Assembly (NCBI GenBank): GCA_002393955.1
Contig: DGSK01000003.1
Span: forward strand, 18,516 to 82,515
Reading direction: 5' to 3'
From: Lachnospiraceae bacterium UBA4364
GTDB taxonomy: Bacteria; Bacillota; Clostridia; Lachnospirales; Lachnospiraceae
Length of the DNA stretch: 64,000 nt
Each line of letters begins with the position of its first letter. Position 1 is the stretch's first letter. The notes below the pieces were generated by a model, which had not been told where the DNA came from, did not search any database, and saw only the letters and a program-made list of their open reading frames with translations. Below are positions 7,852 to 19,200 of the stretch, piece by piece. Made by a program: the position numbers and the translations under genes.

Positions 7852-8082
7852 ATGGAAAAATTAATCGCTATCATTGAAGAGAAGTTAAATGTTGAAGGCA
7901 AGGAAATCACTGCTGAGAGCAGATTCAAGGAGGATCTTGAGGCAGATTCACTTGATCTTTTCGAGCTTGTAATGGCACTTGAAGAAGAGTACGGCGTAGA
8001 GATCCCTTCAGAGCAGCTTGAGAATTTCACAACTGTAGGCTCTGTTGTTGATTATCTTAAAGAGAAGAACATAGAGCTCTAA
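7852..8082 (+). CDS. acpP: Acyl carrier protein
   Basis: LEADSLDLFELVMALEE contains the phosphopantetheine Ser motif DSLD. The start was moved to ATG 7852 after GGAGAAGAAG. Confidence 0.9.
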   Translation: MEKLIAIIEEKLNVEGKEITAESRFKEDLEADSLDLFELVMALEEEYGVEIPSEQLENFTTVGSVVDYLKEKNIEL

Positions 8083-8201
8083 GAAACAGCTTGAAGATAG
8101 GATAAAAGCTCATGGGATAATCAAAATTGCGAGCAGCTCATGAGCTTTTAGTTTGTCTGAACATAGACGGATAAAAAGCGGCGGAAAGCAGAAAGAGAAA
8201 A

Positions 8202-9128
8202 ATGAAGAACAGGATAACAGATTTACTTAAAACTGAATACCCCATCATACAGGGGGGCATGGCATGGGTGGCTGAGCACAATCTGGCTGCAGCGGTATCG
8301 AATGCCGGCGGACTTGGAATCATCGGAGCTGCTTCTGCACCTGCAGAAGTGGTCCGCGAAGAAATAAAGAAATGTAAGGAGCTGACTGACAAGCCTTTCG
8401 GCGTCAATGTCATGCTTCTCAATCCCAACGCTGATGATGTAGCAAAGATCATCATAGAAGAAGGCGTTAAAGTTGTTACCACAGGTGCAGGAAACCCGGG
8501 CAAGTACATGGATGCATGGAAAGAGGCAGGAGTGGTAGTTATCCCCGTGGTAGCAAGTACGGCAATGGCTATTATGATGGAGCGTGCAGGTGCTGATGCG
8601 GTGGTAGCAGAAGGCATGGAAAGCGGCGGACATATAGGTGTGACCACTTCCTTCGCACTTATCCCTCAGGTAGTGGATGCGGTAAGCATTCCCGTAGTGG
8701 CCGCAGGCGGAATCGCAGACGGACGCGGCATGGCAGCAGCATTTATGCTTGGCGCAGAAGGCATACAGATGGGAACAAGATTCGTTGCAGCAAAGGAATC
8801 CATCGTGCATGCTGCATATAAGGAAAAGATAGTAAAGGCAAAGGATATCGACTCCGTAGTTACCGGAACTACAACAGGTCATCCCGTAAGATGTCTCAAG
8901 AACCGCATGACCAAGGAATATGTAAAGCTTGAGCGTGAGGGTGCTGATTTTATGGAGCTTGAGAAGCTGACATTGGGATCTCTCAGGAAGGCAGTTATAG
9001 ACGGAGACGTTGTAAACGGTACTCTTATGGCAGGACAGATCGCAGGTCTCATAAAGAGTGAAGAGAGCTGCGCAGATATTATTTCTTCCATATCGAATGA
9101 AGCAGAGAAGCTTTTAAAACTGGTATAA
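8202..9128 (+). CDS. fabK: Enoyl-ACP reductase II (FMN-dependent, NMO/NPD fold)
   Basis: YPIIQGGMAWV, GNPGKY, SGGHIG and GAEGIQMGTRF, together with its position after acpP. Confidence 0.85.
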   Translation: MKNRITDLLKTEYPIIQGGMAWVAEHNLAAAVSNAGGLGIIGAASAPAEVVREEIKKCKELTDKPFGVNVMLLNPNADDVAKIIIEEGVKVVTTGAGNPGKYMDAWKEAGVVVIPVVASTAMAIMMERAGADAVVAEGMESGGHIGVTTSFALIPQVVDAVSIPVVAAGGIADGRGMAAAFMLGAEGIQMGTRFVAAKESIVHAAYKEKIVKAKDIDSVVTGTTTGHPVRCLKNRMTKEYVKLEREGADFMELEKLTLGSLRKAVIDGDVVNGTLMAGQIAGLIKSEESCADIISSISNEAEKLLKLV

Positions 9129-9219
9129 CGGTCGCAAAATATCCGGATAAACGGGCAGGCATTGGGAACGGATATTTAAGAACCGTTATACAGGCATCAT
9201 AAAACAGAAAAGAGGAATC

Positions 9220-10155
9220 ATGGGAAAGACAGCATTTATATTCCCAGGCCAGGGGGCTCAGTATCCCGGCATGGGAAAGGATTTTTTTGAAAAATATGAA
9301 GAGTCACAGGAGATATTCAAAAAGTCTTCTGAGGCTACGGGGCTTGATATCGAGGCACTCTGCTTTAGTGAAAATGATGATCTGAATCAGACGGAGTATA
9401 CACAGATAGCCATGATCACTGCAGAGCTTGCCATGTGGAAAGCGGTAGTTTCAAAGGGAATAAAGGCTGATGTTTGTGCCGGCTTAAGTCTTGGTGAGTA
9501 CGCAGCACTTGCAGCATCAGGCGTAATGGAGCCTGCGGATATTTTCCCTGTAGTGCGTAAGCGCGGGATATATATGCAGAATGCTTATCCCAACGGAGGC
9601 GGTATGACAGCAGTGCTTGGACTTTCACCTGAGCAGGCCGACGCTGCGTGCAAAAAGATTGCCGGGGAAACAGGAAAGCCTGTATCCGTTGCAAACTACA
9701 ACTGTCCCGGACAGATTGTTATTACAGGTGCGAAGGAAGCTGTAGACAAGGCTGCTGAGGAATGTCAGGCAGCAGGCGCAAAGCGTTGTGTTCCACTGAA
9801 TGTAAGCGGCCCCTTCCATTCAGCGCTCCTTAAGGAAGCTTCAGAGCTTCTGGCAAAAGAGCTGGAGCAGGTAAGCCTTTCTGATCCTCAGATACCTTAT
9901 CTTACAAATGTGACTGCAGAGCCTGTTACAAAGGCTGATGGAATAAAGGAGCTTCTTGCGGCTCAGATCTGCTCACCCGTCAGGTGGCAGCAGAGTGTTG
10001 AGAAAATGATCGCTGACGGTGTGGACTGCTTTATAGAGATTGGTCCCGGCAAGACTCTGGCAGGATTTATGAAGCGTATTAATAAGGAAGTAAAAGTCTT
10101 CAATGTTGGAACCGTCGAAGAGCTTGAGGCATTGTCAGGATCTCTTGCGGGCTGA
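9220..10155 (+). CDS. fabD: Malonyl-CoA:ACP transacylase
   Basis: FPGQGAQYPGMG, active-site GLSLGEY, and SGPFHS. Confidence 0.9.
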   Translation: MGKTAFIFPGQGAQYPGMGKDFFEKYEESQEIFKKSSEATGLDIEALCFSENDDLNQTEYTQIAMITAELAMWKAVVSKGIKADVCAGLSLGEYAALAASGVMEPADIFPVVRKRGIYMQNAYPNGGGMTAVLGLSPEQADAACKKIAGETGKPVSVANYNCPGQIVITGAKEAVDKAAEECQAAGAKRCVPLNVSGPFHSALLKEASELLAKELEQVSLSDPQIPYLTNVTAEPVTKADGIKELLAAQICSPVRWQQSVEKMIADGVDCFIEIGPGKTLAGFMKRINKEVKVFNVGTVEELEALSGSLAG

Positions 10156-10186
10156 CAGTTACGGATAAGTTATTGGAGGAAATCGG

Positions 10187-10927
10187 ATGTTAAGCGGAAA
10201 GACAGCATTAGTCACAGGTGCAGGCAGAGGCATAGGAAAAGCCATTGCCAAGAAACTTGCTTCTCTTGGTGCTACAGTGGTAGTTAACTACAGCGGATCC
10301 AAAGAAAAAGCAGAGGAAACTGTGGCAGAGATAGTTGCAGCCGGCGGAAGTGCAGAAGCAATGCAGTGTGATGTTTCTGATTTTAAGGCCTGCGAGGAGT
10401 TTTCAAAGGCAGTAGTTGCAAAGTATGGAAAGCTGGATATCCTAGTAAATAATGCAGGTGTCACCAGGGACGGGCTTCTCATGGGCATGTCGGAAGAGGA
10501 CTATGACAAGGTGCTTGATACTAACCTTAAGGGTGCCTTCAATATGACAAGACATTTTTCAAGGGTGTTCTTAAAGCAGAGGTCAGGCAGGATCATAAAC
10601 ATCTCTTCCGTAAGCGGAGTCATGGGAAATGCCGGCCAGGCTAATTACAGCGCATCAAAGGCAGGTCTTATCGGATTGACCAAGAGTGTGGCCAGAGAGC
10701 TTGCGGGCAGGGGAGTATGTGTAAATGCCGTGGCACCGGGCTTCATCGAGACAGATATGACGAATGCCATGAAAGAAGATGCTAAGAAAAAACTTATAGA
10801 AAACATTCCACTGGGAAGGATAGGAAAGCCTGATGACATTGCTGAAGCAGTGGCTTTCCTGGCAGGAGATGCGTCCTCATATATCACGGGACAGGTATTG
10901 TGCGTAGACGGTGGAATGGCTATATAA
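10187..10927 (+). CDS. fabG: 3-oxoacyl-ACP reductase
   Basis: TGAGRGIGKAIA Rossmann motif, NNAG, and catalytic YSASKAG. Confidence 0.9.
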   Translation: MLSGKTALVTGAGRGIGKAIAKKLASLGATVVVNYSGSKEKAEETVAEIVAAGGSAEAMQCDVSDFKACEEFSKAVVAKYGKLDILVNNAGVTRDGLLMGMSEEDYDKVLDTNLKGAFNMTRHFSRVFLKQRSGRIINISSVSGVMGNAGQANYSASKAGLIGLTKSVARELAGRGVCVNAVAPGFIETDMTNAMKEDAKKKLIENIPLGRIGKPDDIAEAVAFLAGDASSYITGQVLCVDGGMAI

Positions 10928-10939
10928 ACGGGAGGAGAT

Positions 10940-12178
10940 ATGATGAACAGGAGAGTAGTTGTGACAGGCCTTGGTGCGGTGACGCCCATAGGCAATGATG
11001 TGGAAAGTTTCTGGTCCTCAGTAAAAGAGGGAAAGATTGGTTTTGGCCCCATCACTGCCTTTGACACTACTGATTACAAAGCAAAGCTTGCCGCTGAGGT
11101 AAAGGATTATGATCCCACTCTCAGTATGGATAAAAAGTCGTCAAAGCGTATGGAGCGTTTTTCCCAGTTTGCAGTGACTGCAGCAGGCGAGGCGCTTAAG
11201 GATTCGGGCCTGGATATTGAAAAAGAGGATCCTTTCCGTGTGGGATGTGCTATAAGCAGCGGAATTGGAAGCCTTGCGACAGTGGAAAGGGAGCATCAGA
11301 GGATCATAGACAGGGGGCCCGGAAAAGTGGGGCCGCTTATGGTTCCGCTCATGATATCCAATATGGCTGCAGGAAATGTAAGTATCGCATACGGCCTTAA
11401 AGGAAAAAATATAGATGTAGTGACTGCCTGTGCTTCAGGTACTCATTCTATAGGTGAGGCTATGCGTACCATCCAGTACGGCGATGCGGATGTTATGCTT
11501 GCAGGCGGAACGGAATCATGTATCAGTCCCGTGGGCGTGGCCGGCTTTACGGCACTTACTGCACTCAGCACTTCAGATGATCCGGAGAGCTGCTCGCTTC
11601 CCTTTGATGCGAGAAGAAGCGGTTTTGTAATGGGCGAAGGTGCAGGCATAGTAGTTCTGGAAGAATATGAGCATGCTAAGAATCGCGGTGCAAAGATACT
11701 TGCCGAGTTAGTCGGATATGGTGCAACAGCCGATGCTTATCACATTACTTCTCCTGCGGAAGACGGTTCAGGCGCTGCCATGGCGATGAAATTTGCAATG
11801 GCTGATGCCGGCATAAAGCCTGAGGATGTAGACTACATCAACGCTCATGGTACGGCAACTCATTATAACGATCTGTTTGAGACCAGGGCCATCAAGCTTG
11901 CGTTCGGCGAGCATGCATATAAGCTGAAAGTCAACTCTACCAAATCAATGATAGGCCATCTGTTAGGTGCAGCCGGAGCGGTGGAATTCGTGGTTACCGT
12001 AAAGGAGCTTCAGGAAGGCTTTTTGCACAGGACAGTCGGTTACAAAGAAAAGGATGAAGAGCTTGATCTTGACTACTGTGCAGAGGAATACAGGGGCGAT
12101 ATAAAGTATGCCCTGTCGGATTCACTGGGATTCGGTGGACACAATGCGGCAGTAGTTGTAAAGAAATTTTCGGAATAA
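10940..12178 (+). CDS. fabF: 3-oxoacyl-ACP synthase II
   Basis: VTACASGTHS active-site Cys, HGTATHYND and GHLLGAAG. Confidence 0.9.
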   Translation: MMNRRVVVTGLGAVTPIGNDVESFWSSVKEGKIGFGPITAFDTTDYKAKLAAEVKDYDPTLSMDKKSSKRMERFSQFAVTAAGEALKDSGLDIEKEDPFRVGCAISSGIGSLATVEREHQRIIDRGPGKVGPLMVPLMISNMAAGNVSIAYGLKGKNIDVVTACASGTHSIGEAMRTIQYGDADVMLAGGTESCISPVGVAGFTALTALSTSDDPESCSLPFDARRSGFVMGEGAGIVVLEEYEHAKNRGAKILAELVGYGATADAYHITSPAEDGSGAAMAMKFAMADAGIKPEDVDYINAHGTATHYNDLFETRAIKLAFGEHAYKLKVNSTKSMIGHLLGAAGAVEFVVTVKELQEGFLHRTVGYKEKDEELDLDYCAEEYRGDIKYALSDSLGFGGHNAAVVVKKFSE

Positions 12179-12230
12179 TCACAAAATCTTTTGCCGGTTA
12201 TGATGCCGGCCATGAAGAGAGGAGCGGACA

Positions 12231-12662
12231 ATGTCTGTTTACAGTACCAAAGAGATCATGGATATAATTCCTCACAGGTCACCGTTTTTACTCATCGATA
12301 CCATAGAGGAACTGGAGCCCGGTGTACGGGTTGTTGGGAAAAAATGCGTAAGCTTTAATGAACCGTATTTTGCCGGTCATTTTCCCGGAAATCCGGTAAT
12401 GCCCGGAGTACTTATTATAGAAGCAATGGCACAGACCGGTGCGGTGGCGCTTTTGGGACTTCCCCAGTGGAAGGGAAAGACTGCTTACTTTGTGGGTATA
12501 GACAAAGCAAGGTTCAGCAGGAAAGTGGTTCCCGGTGATGTGCTTATGTTTGAGGTAAATATCATAAAGCAGAAAGGCCCCTTCGGGATCGCAGAGGCTG
12601 TGGCAAAAGTAGATGGAGAAACAGCCGCAAAGGCAGAGCTTACATTTGCAGTGGGCGACTGA
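12231..12662 (+). CDS. fabZ: 3-hydroxyacyl-ACP dehydratase
   Basis: [11 protein letters not shown] and [19 protein letters not shown] hot-dog motifs. Confidence 0.9.
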   Translation: MSVYSTKEIMDIIPHRSPFLLIDTIEELEPGVRVVGKKCVSFNEPYFAGHFPGNPVMPGVLIIEAMAQTGAVALLGLPQWKGKTAYFVGIDKARFSRKVVPGDVLMFEVNIIKQKGPFGIAEAVAKVDGETAAKAELTFAVGD

Positions 12663-12675
12663 TGAGGTGTGACAG

Positions 12676-14388
12676 ATGAATGTGATAATGGGTTTACAGA
12701 AATTTTTGGAAGACCGCAAGATCTTTAAAAAGGAAGAAGCGCCTGTTGAGACAGGCCTTATCAAATGCCCAAAGTGCGGCAAGATGGTGGATAAGGCAAT
12801 CGTTGCAAAGCGCAGGTATATCTGCTACGAATGCGAGGGGTATTTTCGTGTAAAGACCGGAAACCGTCTCAGGATGGTAGCCGATCCCGGAACTTTTGAG
12901 GAGTGGTTCACGGATATGGAAGTATCCAACCCTCTGGATTACAAGGGCTACGAGGAAAAGCTTGCGGAAGCCAGGGAAAAGACCGGTCTCAAGGAAGCCT
13001 TTACCGTAGGAAAGTGCAAAATATTTGGAGAGGAAGCTGTAGTTGGTGTTTGTGATTCCCGTTTCATGATGGCCAGCATGGGCCATGTGGTGGGAGAGCG
13101 TGTTACAGCAGCAATAGAACGTGCTACCAAAGAAAAGCTTCCTGTATTTATCTTCTGCTGCTCGGGCGGCGCCAGGATGCAGGAGGGCATCATCTCGCTC
13201 ATGCAGATGGCCAAGACATCGGCTGCCATAAAGAGGCACGGTGAGGCAGGGCTTTTCTACTGCTCTATACTGACTGATCCTACTACAGGCGGCGTGACTG
13301 CAAGCTTTGCGATGCTGGGTGACGTGATCATGGCTGAGCCCGGGGCACTTATCGGTTTCGCAGGTCCCAGAGTAATCAGGCAGACCATAGGTCAGGAGCT
13401 TCCTGAAGGTTTCCAGACTGCGGAGTTCCTTGTGGAGCATGGTTTTGTGGATGGCATAATACCCAGAAGAAGCCTTAAGAAGATAATGTATCTTTTGATA
13501 AGAGCACATAAATGTACCAATAAAAACACATGGTCAGATTTCCATGGTGAGGAATTCCATTTCCATATGACAGAGATCCTGAAGGAACGTGTATGGCTCG
13601 ACAGGTACAAGTCAGCATGGGAAAAGGTAAAGGGTGTACGCCGTATAGAGAGGGCATCGGCGCTTGACTATATGGAGCATATTTTTGACAGCTTTGTGGA
13701 GGCCCATGGTGACAGGTGTTTTGCGGATGACCCTGCTATTGTGGGCGGCGTCGGATTCCTGGCAGAGCAGCCCGTTACGGTAATAGCGGATATCCGCGGT
13801 TCAAATGCAAAGGAATGCCGTGAGAGGAATTTCGGAATGCCGAAGCCCGAGGGATACAGAAAGGCACTTCGTCTTATGAAGCAGGCTGAGAAATTCAACC
13901 GTCCCATTGTGAGCTTTGTAAATACAAGCGGTGCATTCTGCGGCATAGAAGCTGAGGAAAGAGGGCAGGGCGAGGCCATCGCAAGGAACCTCATGGAGAT
14001 GTCAGCCCTTAAAGTGCCTATCCTTGTAATCCTTATAGGAGAAGGCGGAAGCGGCGGAGCTCTTGCAACTGCAGTGGGAAATGAAGTGTGGATGCTGGAA
14101 AATGCTACATATTCGATCCTTTCCCCGGAAGGTTTTGCTTCCATACTGTGGAAGGATGCGGGCCGTGCCAAGGAAGCCAGTGAAGTGATGAATATCACTG
14201 CACAGGACTTAAAGCGCCTCAAGGTAATAGAGGAGATCATTCCGGAATTCGGCGGTGCCGACAAGGATACCGCAAAGGGAATCGGTGAGTATCTGAAGGA
14301 AAAGATCATGGACTTCTTAAGGAAGTACGACGGAATGACACCGGAAGAGATTGTTGCACAGAGATATGACAGATTCAGAGCATTCTGA
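12676..14388 (+). CDS. accDA: Acetyl-CoA carboxylase carboxyltransferase, fused beta (AccD) and alpha (AccA) subunits
   Basis: The N-terminal half has the AccD zinc ribbon CPKCG...CYECEGY and GGARMQEG. The C-terminal half is AccA-like ([20 protein letters not shown]). Both lie in a single 570-aa ORF. Confidence 0.85.
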   Translation: MNVIMGLQKFLEDRKIFKKEEAPVETGLIKCPKCGKMVDKAIVAKRRYICYECEGYFRVKTGNRLRMVADPGTFEEWFTDMEVSNPLDYKGYEEKLAEAREKTGLKEAFTVGKCKIFGEEAVVGVCDSRFMMASMGHVVGERVTAAIERATKEKLPVFIFCCSGGARMQEGIISLMQMAKTSAAIKRHGEAGLFYCSILTDPTTGGVTASFAMLGDVIMAEPGALIGFAGPRVIRQTIGQELPEGFQTAEFLVEHGFVDGIIPRRSLKKIMYLLIRAHKCTNKNTWSDFHGEEFHFHMTEILKERVWLDRYKSAWEKVKGVRRIERASALDYMEHIFDSFVEAHGDRCFADDPAIVGGVGFLAEQPVTVIADIRGSNAKECRERNFGMPKPEGYRKALRLMKQAEKFNRPIVSFVNTSGAFCGIEAEERGQGEAIARNLMEMSALKVPILVILIGEGGSGGALATAVGNEVWMLENATYSILSPEGFASILWKDAGRAKEASEVMNITAQDLKRLKVIEEIIPEFGGADKDTAKGIGEYLKEKIMDFLRKYDGMTPEEIVAQRYDRFRAF

Positions 14389-14474
14389 TATAGCAGATAA
14401 TAAACATGAAAGGGAGTAACTATTCAGAACAGTTCGGAATAATTGCGAGGTTATGATTAGTTGCGAGGTGAATT

Positions 14475-15449
14475 ATGGCGATTACTGTAAAAGGAACAGG
14501 CAGCAGCCTGCCCCAAAAAGTATTAACGAATTTCGATCTGGAAAAAATGGTGGATACCTCCGACGCATGGATCCGTGAGCGTACGGGAATGTCGGAAAGG
14601 CATATTGCGGAGAATGAGACAGTGGCGTCACTGGCAGCAGAGGCGGCAAAAAAGGCACTGGAAGATGCCGGCAGACAGGCATCGGATGTGGACCTGATAA
14701 TCGTTGCCACCTGTACCGGTGAAGTGATGGTTCCCAGCACAGCCTGCAAGGTACAGGCAGACATTGGCGCAGACAACGCAGTGGCATTTGATATCAATTC
14801 GGCATGCTCGGGATTTCTTTTCGCCCTTCAGACCGCCAGCGCCTATATCACATCCGGAATGCATAAAAATGCACTGGTAATAGGAGCTGAGGTGCTGTCC
14901 AGCATAATAAACTGGGAGGACAGAAGCACCTGTGTGCTTTTCGGTGACGGAGCCGGAGCGGTATTCGTAGAAAACAGCGAGGAGGAAGGCAGAGGAATCC
15001 TCAGTATGGCCCAGGGAAGCAGCGGTTCAAAGGGCGGCGTGCTTTACTTCCGGAAAAGAGAAGCTGATCCGAATAAGGAAGATGAATATGAGGGCAAGGA
15101 TGCATTCGTTCATATGAATGGCGCCGAGGTATATAAATTTGCCGTACGACAGGTACCTGAATGTATTGAGAAAGCGCTTGCGGATGCAGGAATTAAGGCG
15201 GCTGATGTGGATCTGTTTGTATTGCATCAGGCAAATATCCGGATCATAGAGGCTATATCAAAACGCCTCGGAGCAGGCATGGAACATTTCCCGGTAAATA
15301 TCGACAAGACGGGCAATACTTCGTCAGCTTCGATCCCTCTGCTTCTTGATGAGCTTAACAGAGGCGGCAAGATCAAGTCCGGGGATACAGTAGTGCTGTC
15401 CGGATTTGGAGGTGGTCTTACCTACGGTGCCTGCGTGATGAAGTGGTAG
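14475..15449 (+). CDS. fabH: 3-oxoacyl-ACP synthase III
   Basis: TSDAWIRERTG, active-site INSACSGF, HQANIRI and GNTSSASIP. Confidence 0.9.
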   Translation: MAITVKGTGSSLPQKVLTNFDLEKMVDTSDAWIRERTGMSERHIAENETVASLAAEAAKKALEDAGRQASDVDLIIVATCTGEVMVPSTACKVQADIGADNAVAFDINSACSGFLFALQTASAYITSGMHKNALVIGAEVLSSIINWEDRSTCVLFGDGAGAVFVENSEEEGRGILSMAQGSSGSKGGVLYFRKREADPNKEDEYEGKDAFVHMNGAEVYKFAVRQVPECIEKALADAGIKAADVDLFVLHQANIRIIEAISKRLGAGMEHFPVNIDKTGNTSSASIPLLLDELNRGGKIKSGDTVVLSGFGGGLTYGACVMKW

Positions 15450-15456
15450 ATCGTAA

Positions 15457-15476
15457 TCATTAACTAAAACTTCCCA
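15457..15476. repeat. Left arm of the inverted repeat flanking the MarR gene (ATTAACTAAAACTTCCCATA)
   Basis: Its reverse complement matches 16073-16094 apart from a 4-nt insertion. It is related to the copA-upstream palindrome. Confidence 0.6.
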
Positions 15477-15605
15477 TATCGTGTAGTCTTGACGAAGGGC
15501 ATCACCGTCAGTCAGGCTGCCGATGTGAGGGAGTCGGTGGTATACAACAAGTGGAAGGTTCAAGTCCGGCAGGTTATGAACAGCCGGATGAGTGAGGGAC
15601 AGAGT

Positions 15606-16058
15606 ATGGCCAGACGGGGCGGTGCAGTAGAATTAAATGAATTACTGGTTAACCTTTTTAACCGTGTGATGAATGCGGAATCCAAAGCGGTCATTACTGA
15701 GGAATTTCGCGATATCTCGAATAATGACATGCACATTATGGAGGCTATCGGCGTGAAAGAACCTCAGAATGTATCCACTATCGCCGGCAAGCTTTTTGTG
15801 ACTGTAGGCACACTTACGGTCAATATGAACAGTCTTGAAAAAAAGGGATACATAGTGCGGACACGCAGTACGGAAGATAAGCGTGTGGTTCTGGTTACCC
15901 TTACCGAAAAAGGCAGAAAAGCATTTTTCCATCACAGGGATTTCCACAAGGCCATGATACATGCGGCAGTCAAGGATCTGGATCCGGATGAGATGAAAGC
16001 ACTGATCAATTGCCTGAACAAACTGAGTGTATTTTTTGAAGGAAAACTGAATGAATAA
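15606..16058 (+). CDS. MarR-family transcriptional regulator, FabT-like by context
   Basis: The winged-helix region is ...NDMHIMEAIG...VSTIAGKLFVTVGTLTVNMNSLEKKGYIVRTRSTEDKRVVLVTLTEKG. The start was placed at ATG 15606 (GAGGGA 8 nt upstream), giving ~150 aa. The track's TTG start at 15489 is unlikely. Confidence 0.7.
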   Translation: MARRGGAVELNELLVNLFNRVMNAESKAVITEEFRDISNNDMHIMEAIGVKEPQNVSTIAGKLFVTVGTLTVNMNSLEKKGYIVRTRSTEDKRVVLVTLTEKGRKAFFHHRDFHKAMIHAAVKDLDPDEMKALINCLNKLSVFFEGKLNE

Positions 16059-16072
16059 CCGGCACGCGGTGT

Positions 16073-16094
16073 GGGAAGTTTTAGTCAGTTAATT
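16073..16094. repeat. Right arm of the inverted repeat flanking the MarR gene (TGGGAAGTTTTAGTCAGTTAAT)
   Basis: See the left arm at 15457-15476. Confidence 0.6.
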
Positions 16095-16130
16095 ATCTAA
16101 CCATATTGACCGAAATAAATACTACAGGAG

Positions 16131-16161
16131 TATCCCTGTAGTGTTTTTTTTATCTGATATA
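16131..16161 (+). terminator. Rho-independent terminator at the end of the fab cluster
   Basis: ACTACAGG-agtat-CCCTGTAGT followed by T8. Confidence 0.75.
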
Positions 16162-16208
16162 ATGAAACCATAGTGGCAAATATCAAATGGTAATAGTGGG
16201 GTGTTTAC

Positions 16209-19200
16209 ATGAACGGCAACGAGATCGGCAGCATCATACAGCATAACAGGAACGGAAATAATTACAACGCAGATGCACTGACACATACATTGAATAATGT
16301 AAATAAGATAAAGGATCATGAGGCAGCAGCAAAGTCCGGTGCCGCAGGCTTTACCCTTAATATAGGGGATGGCATGGGGCAGGGAATGATGCCGCTTACA
16401 GATGCTGATAAGAAAAGTGCGGCATCTGCACTGAGACAGGTCACGTCAGGAGTGCCGGAAGATGTAATGAAGGACAGGATGATAGTCATGTCCAATACCA
16501 TGTCTGACGAAGCGTATAAAAAGGCGGCTGAGAACGGGTATTCCTTAAGCGGTATGGATCCGGAAGAAGCGGTTACCATTGCTGATGAGATAAAGATCAC
16601 GATGGCGAAAGCCGGAGTAGTGATAAAGGGCTACAATGACGACCTGACAACGGAGCAGCTTGAAGCTGTGACAGGCAGTGCGGCAATGGCAAATGAAATA
16701 TCTGAGAGTCTCCATGCTGCAGGGGTTCCTGCTACGGAATCCAATGTTAAGGATATGAAGGAGCTTGTGGATATGGCGGACAGCTTAAAGGCTCCTTCAC
16801 ATGAAGTAAAAAATTATCTTGTGGAAAATGAACTCCCTCCTACCATTCAGAATATCTATTATGCAGAGCACAGTGTGAGCGAGGCCTCTTCTTCGATGAG
16901 AAATCCCGGCGGAGCCGGGAATCCTGCCGCGGACCGGATGGACAGTGCGATAGACAGCAGCGAGACAATAAAAAAACAGATAGAAAAGATAATAAAATCT
17001 GCAGGATTTGAAGCTGACACTGAAAATTACGACATTGCAAGGCAGATGGTTCATGACGGCCTGGTTCTTGACGAAAAGAGCTTCACAGCCATGCATGATC
17101 TGCAGGATATGGATTTTCCCATCGGACGTGAAAGAATCCTTAAGTCCGGCGCAGATGCCATTGCTTCGGGACTCAGTGCCATGCAGGCAGATCCTGTCCA
17201 TGAAGGTTCCCTGATAGAAAGAGCCGTAAAGGCAGCGGATGTGGTGGAGACGGCAGCTTCCGATGCAAGGTATGTCCGTGAGCTTGTTGACAGGGACATG
17301 CTCCTTAATGTTAAAAACCTTGCTGCAGTTACAGAGAAATTACCCGCCATTGCTGAAGCAGATAAAGTTTCCGTAAGCAGTGCATTGACCGGTATTGATA
17401 ATGAACTGAATGAGTCCGTTCAGGATGAGTCTCAGGTATTGATGGCGGCTGCTGATAATTCCGGCAGTGACGCCAAGTATATCACTGCTTACCGCCGCAT
17501 GGAGGAAGCAAGGCTTTCCATGACCGTAGAGGCTAATCTTTCCATTTTGCGGATGGGCGTGGACATAGATATCACCGAGCTTTCAGACCTGGTAGACCGG
17601 CTTAAGCTGGCTGAAGCAGAGATAAATAAAAAGAAATTCGGAACGGATGACAGCGCTGCAGCTTCCGAAAGAGCATCTATTTATAATGAAACAATGCAGA
17701 CCGTATCGGAACTGCCGAAGCTACCGGTTTCCGTTATAGGCAGCATGGTTATTGCGGATAAAGAAGAGGCTCTCTTCCGTGCTGACTACGGGATAAATAA
17801 TGTCACTCTTGAAGATTTTTCCGCCCGCGGACGTGAGCAGAGGAACCGCTACGAGCTGGCAGGAGAAGCATACGAAAGCCTGCAGACGGAAGTGAGGGCT
17901 GACCTGGGCGATTCCATACAGAAGGCATTTGCACATGCGGATAGCCTGCTTAACGAGCTTGGAATAGAGGCAAGTGAAGGCAATCTCCGTGCAGCCAGAG
18001 TGCTGGGCTACAACCACATGGAGATAAGCAGTGAGAATATCGCGCTGGTTGATGAGGCCTGCAGTGTTGTTGACAATATAATAGAAAAGATGAACCCGGC
18101 GGCCACACTGGATATGATACGGAACGGTATCAATCCCATGAAGCTTTCCATGAAGGAGCTGGAGCAGCGGCTGGATGCCCTTGAGACCGAGGATACAGGT
18201 GAAAGGTACAGCGAGTATCTGGTCCGCATGCAGGACAGGGGCCTTATCACTGATGAAGAGGCAGAGTCCTTTGTGGGAATCTACCGCATGATGCACCAGA
18301 CAGAGCTTAAGGACGGGGCAGCCATAGGCGCACTTTTATCTCAGGGCAGGGAAATAAGCTTTACCAATATCCTTTCCGCAATCCGCAGCGCACACAGGGC
18401 CGGAATGGATATATCCGTTGATGACGGCTTCGGAGGGCTGGAAAGCAATATAGACAAAAATATCGAAGCACAGATAGAGACCGCTTTCAGGCAGGTACAG
18501 GCTGAAAGTATGTCAGATAATATAAAGGATGCGGCAGATGCTTCCGCTCAGATATACAGGGAGCTTGTGGAAAGTGAAGTGATAGCTACTGCTGAGCATG
18601 TAAGAGGACTTAAGCGTTTAAGGTCAGACCGGGGCGAGGTATTTGATGATATAAGGAAGATTGCTGCCTCAACCGGTGACGACTGGCTGGTAACCTCCGG
18701 TTACAAAAGAGTCCTGGATAATTTTGATAATGAGGATTCTGCCAAGTCCGTGTATAATGAGATCATGGATCTTATGGGGGCAGTGGTAAGGCAGTCTTTT
18801 GCATCCGAGGGTGAGGACATAGATGTAAGGCAGTACAGCCTGACGATGGCACAGCTGTCTGTGGCGGGCAGTCTTTCAAGGAATGAATCCTATGAGATAC
18901 CAATGGAGATAAACGGCGAGCTGACTGCTGTTACCGTAAAGATCCTGCATGGAAGCGGGAAGACACCGGCAGCGGACATTTCCCTTAAGACAGAAAAGTA
19001 CGGCAATATAAAGGCCCATTTTGAAATATCAGATGATGAATCCGGACTGACGGGATTTGCGGTAAGCGATAAAGAAGGATCGGATGTTATCTTCCGCGCA
19101 CTTTCAGCCAGGCTGTCAGCCCGCTTTGCGGAAAACGGTCTCAATGTTAAGGACTTCAGCTTTGCTGTATCGGCCCGGACAGATGTTAATTTATCCGGCA

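Noticed and set aside
15489-15605. The track's TTG start, which would give a 189-aa MarR protein
   Set aside because: The extra 39 residues are not MarR-like and there is no RBS. ATG 15606 with GAGGGA upstream gives the usual ~150-aa size.
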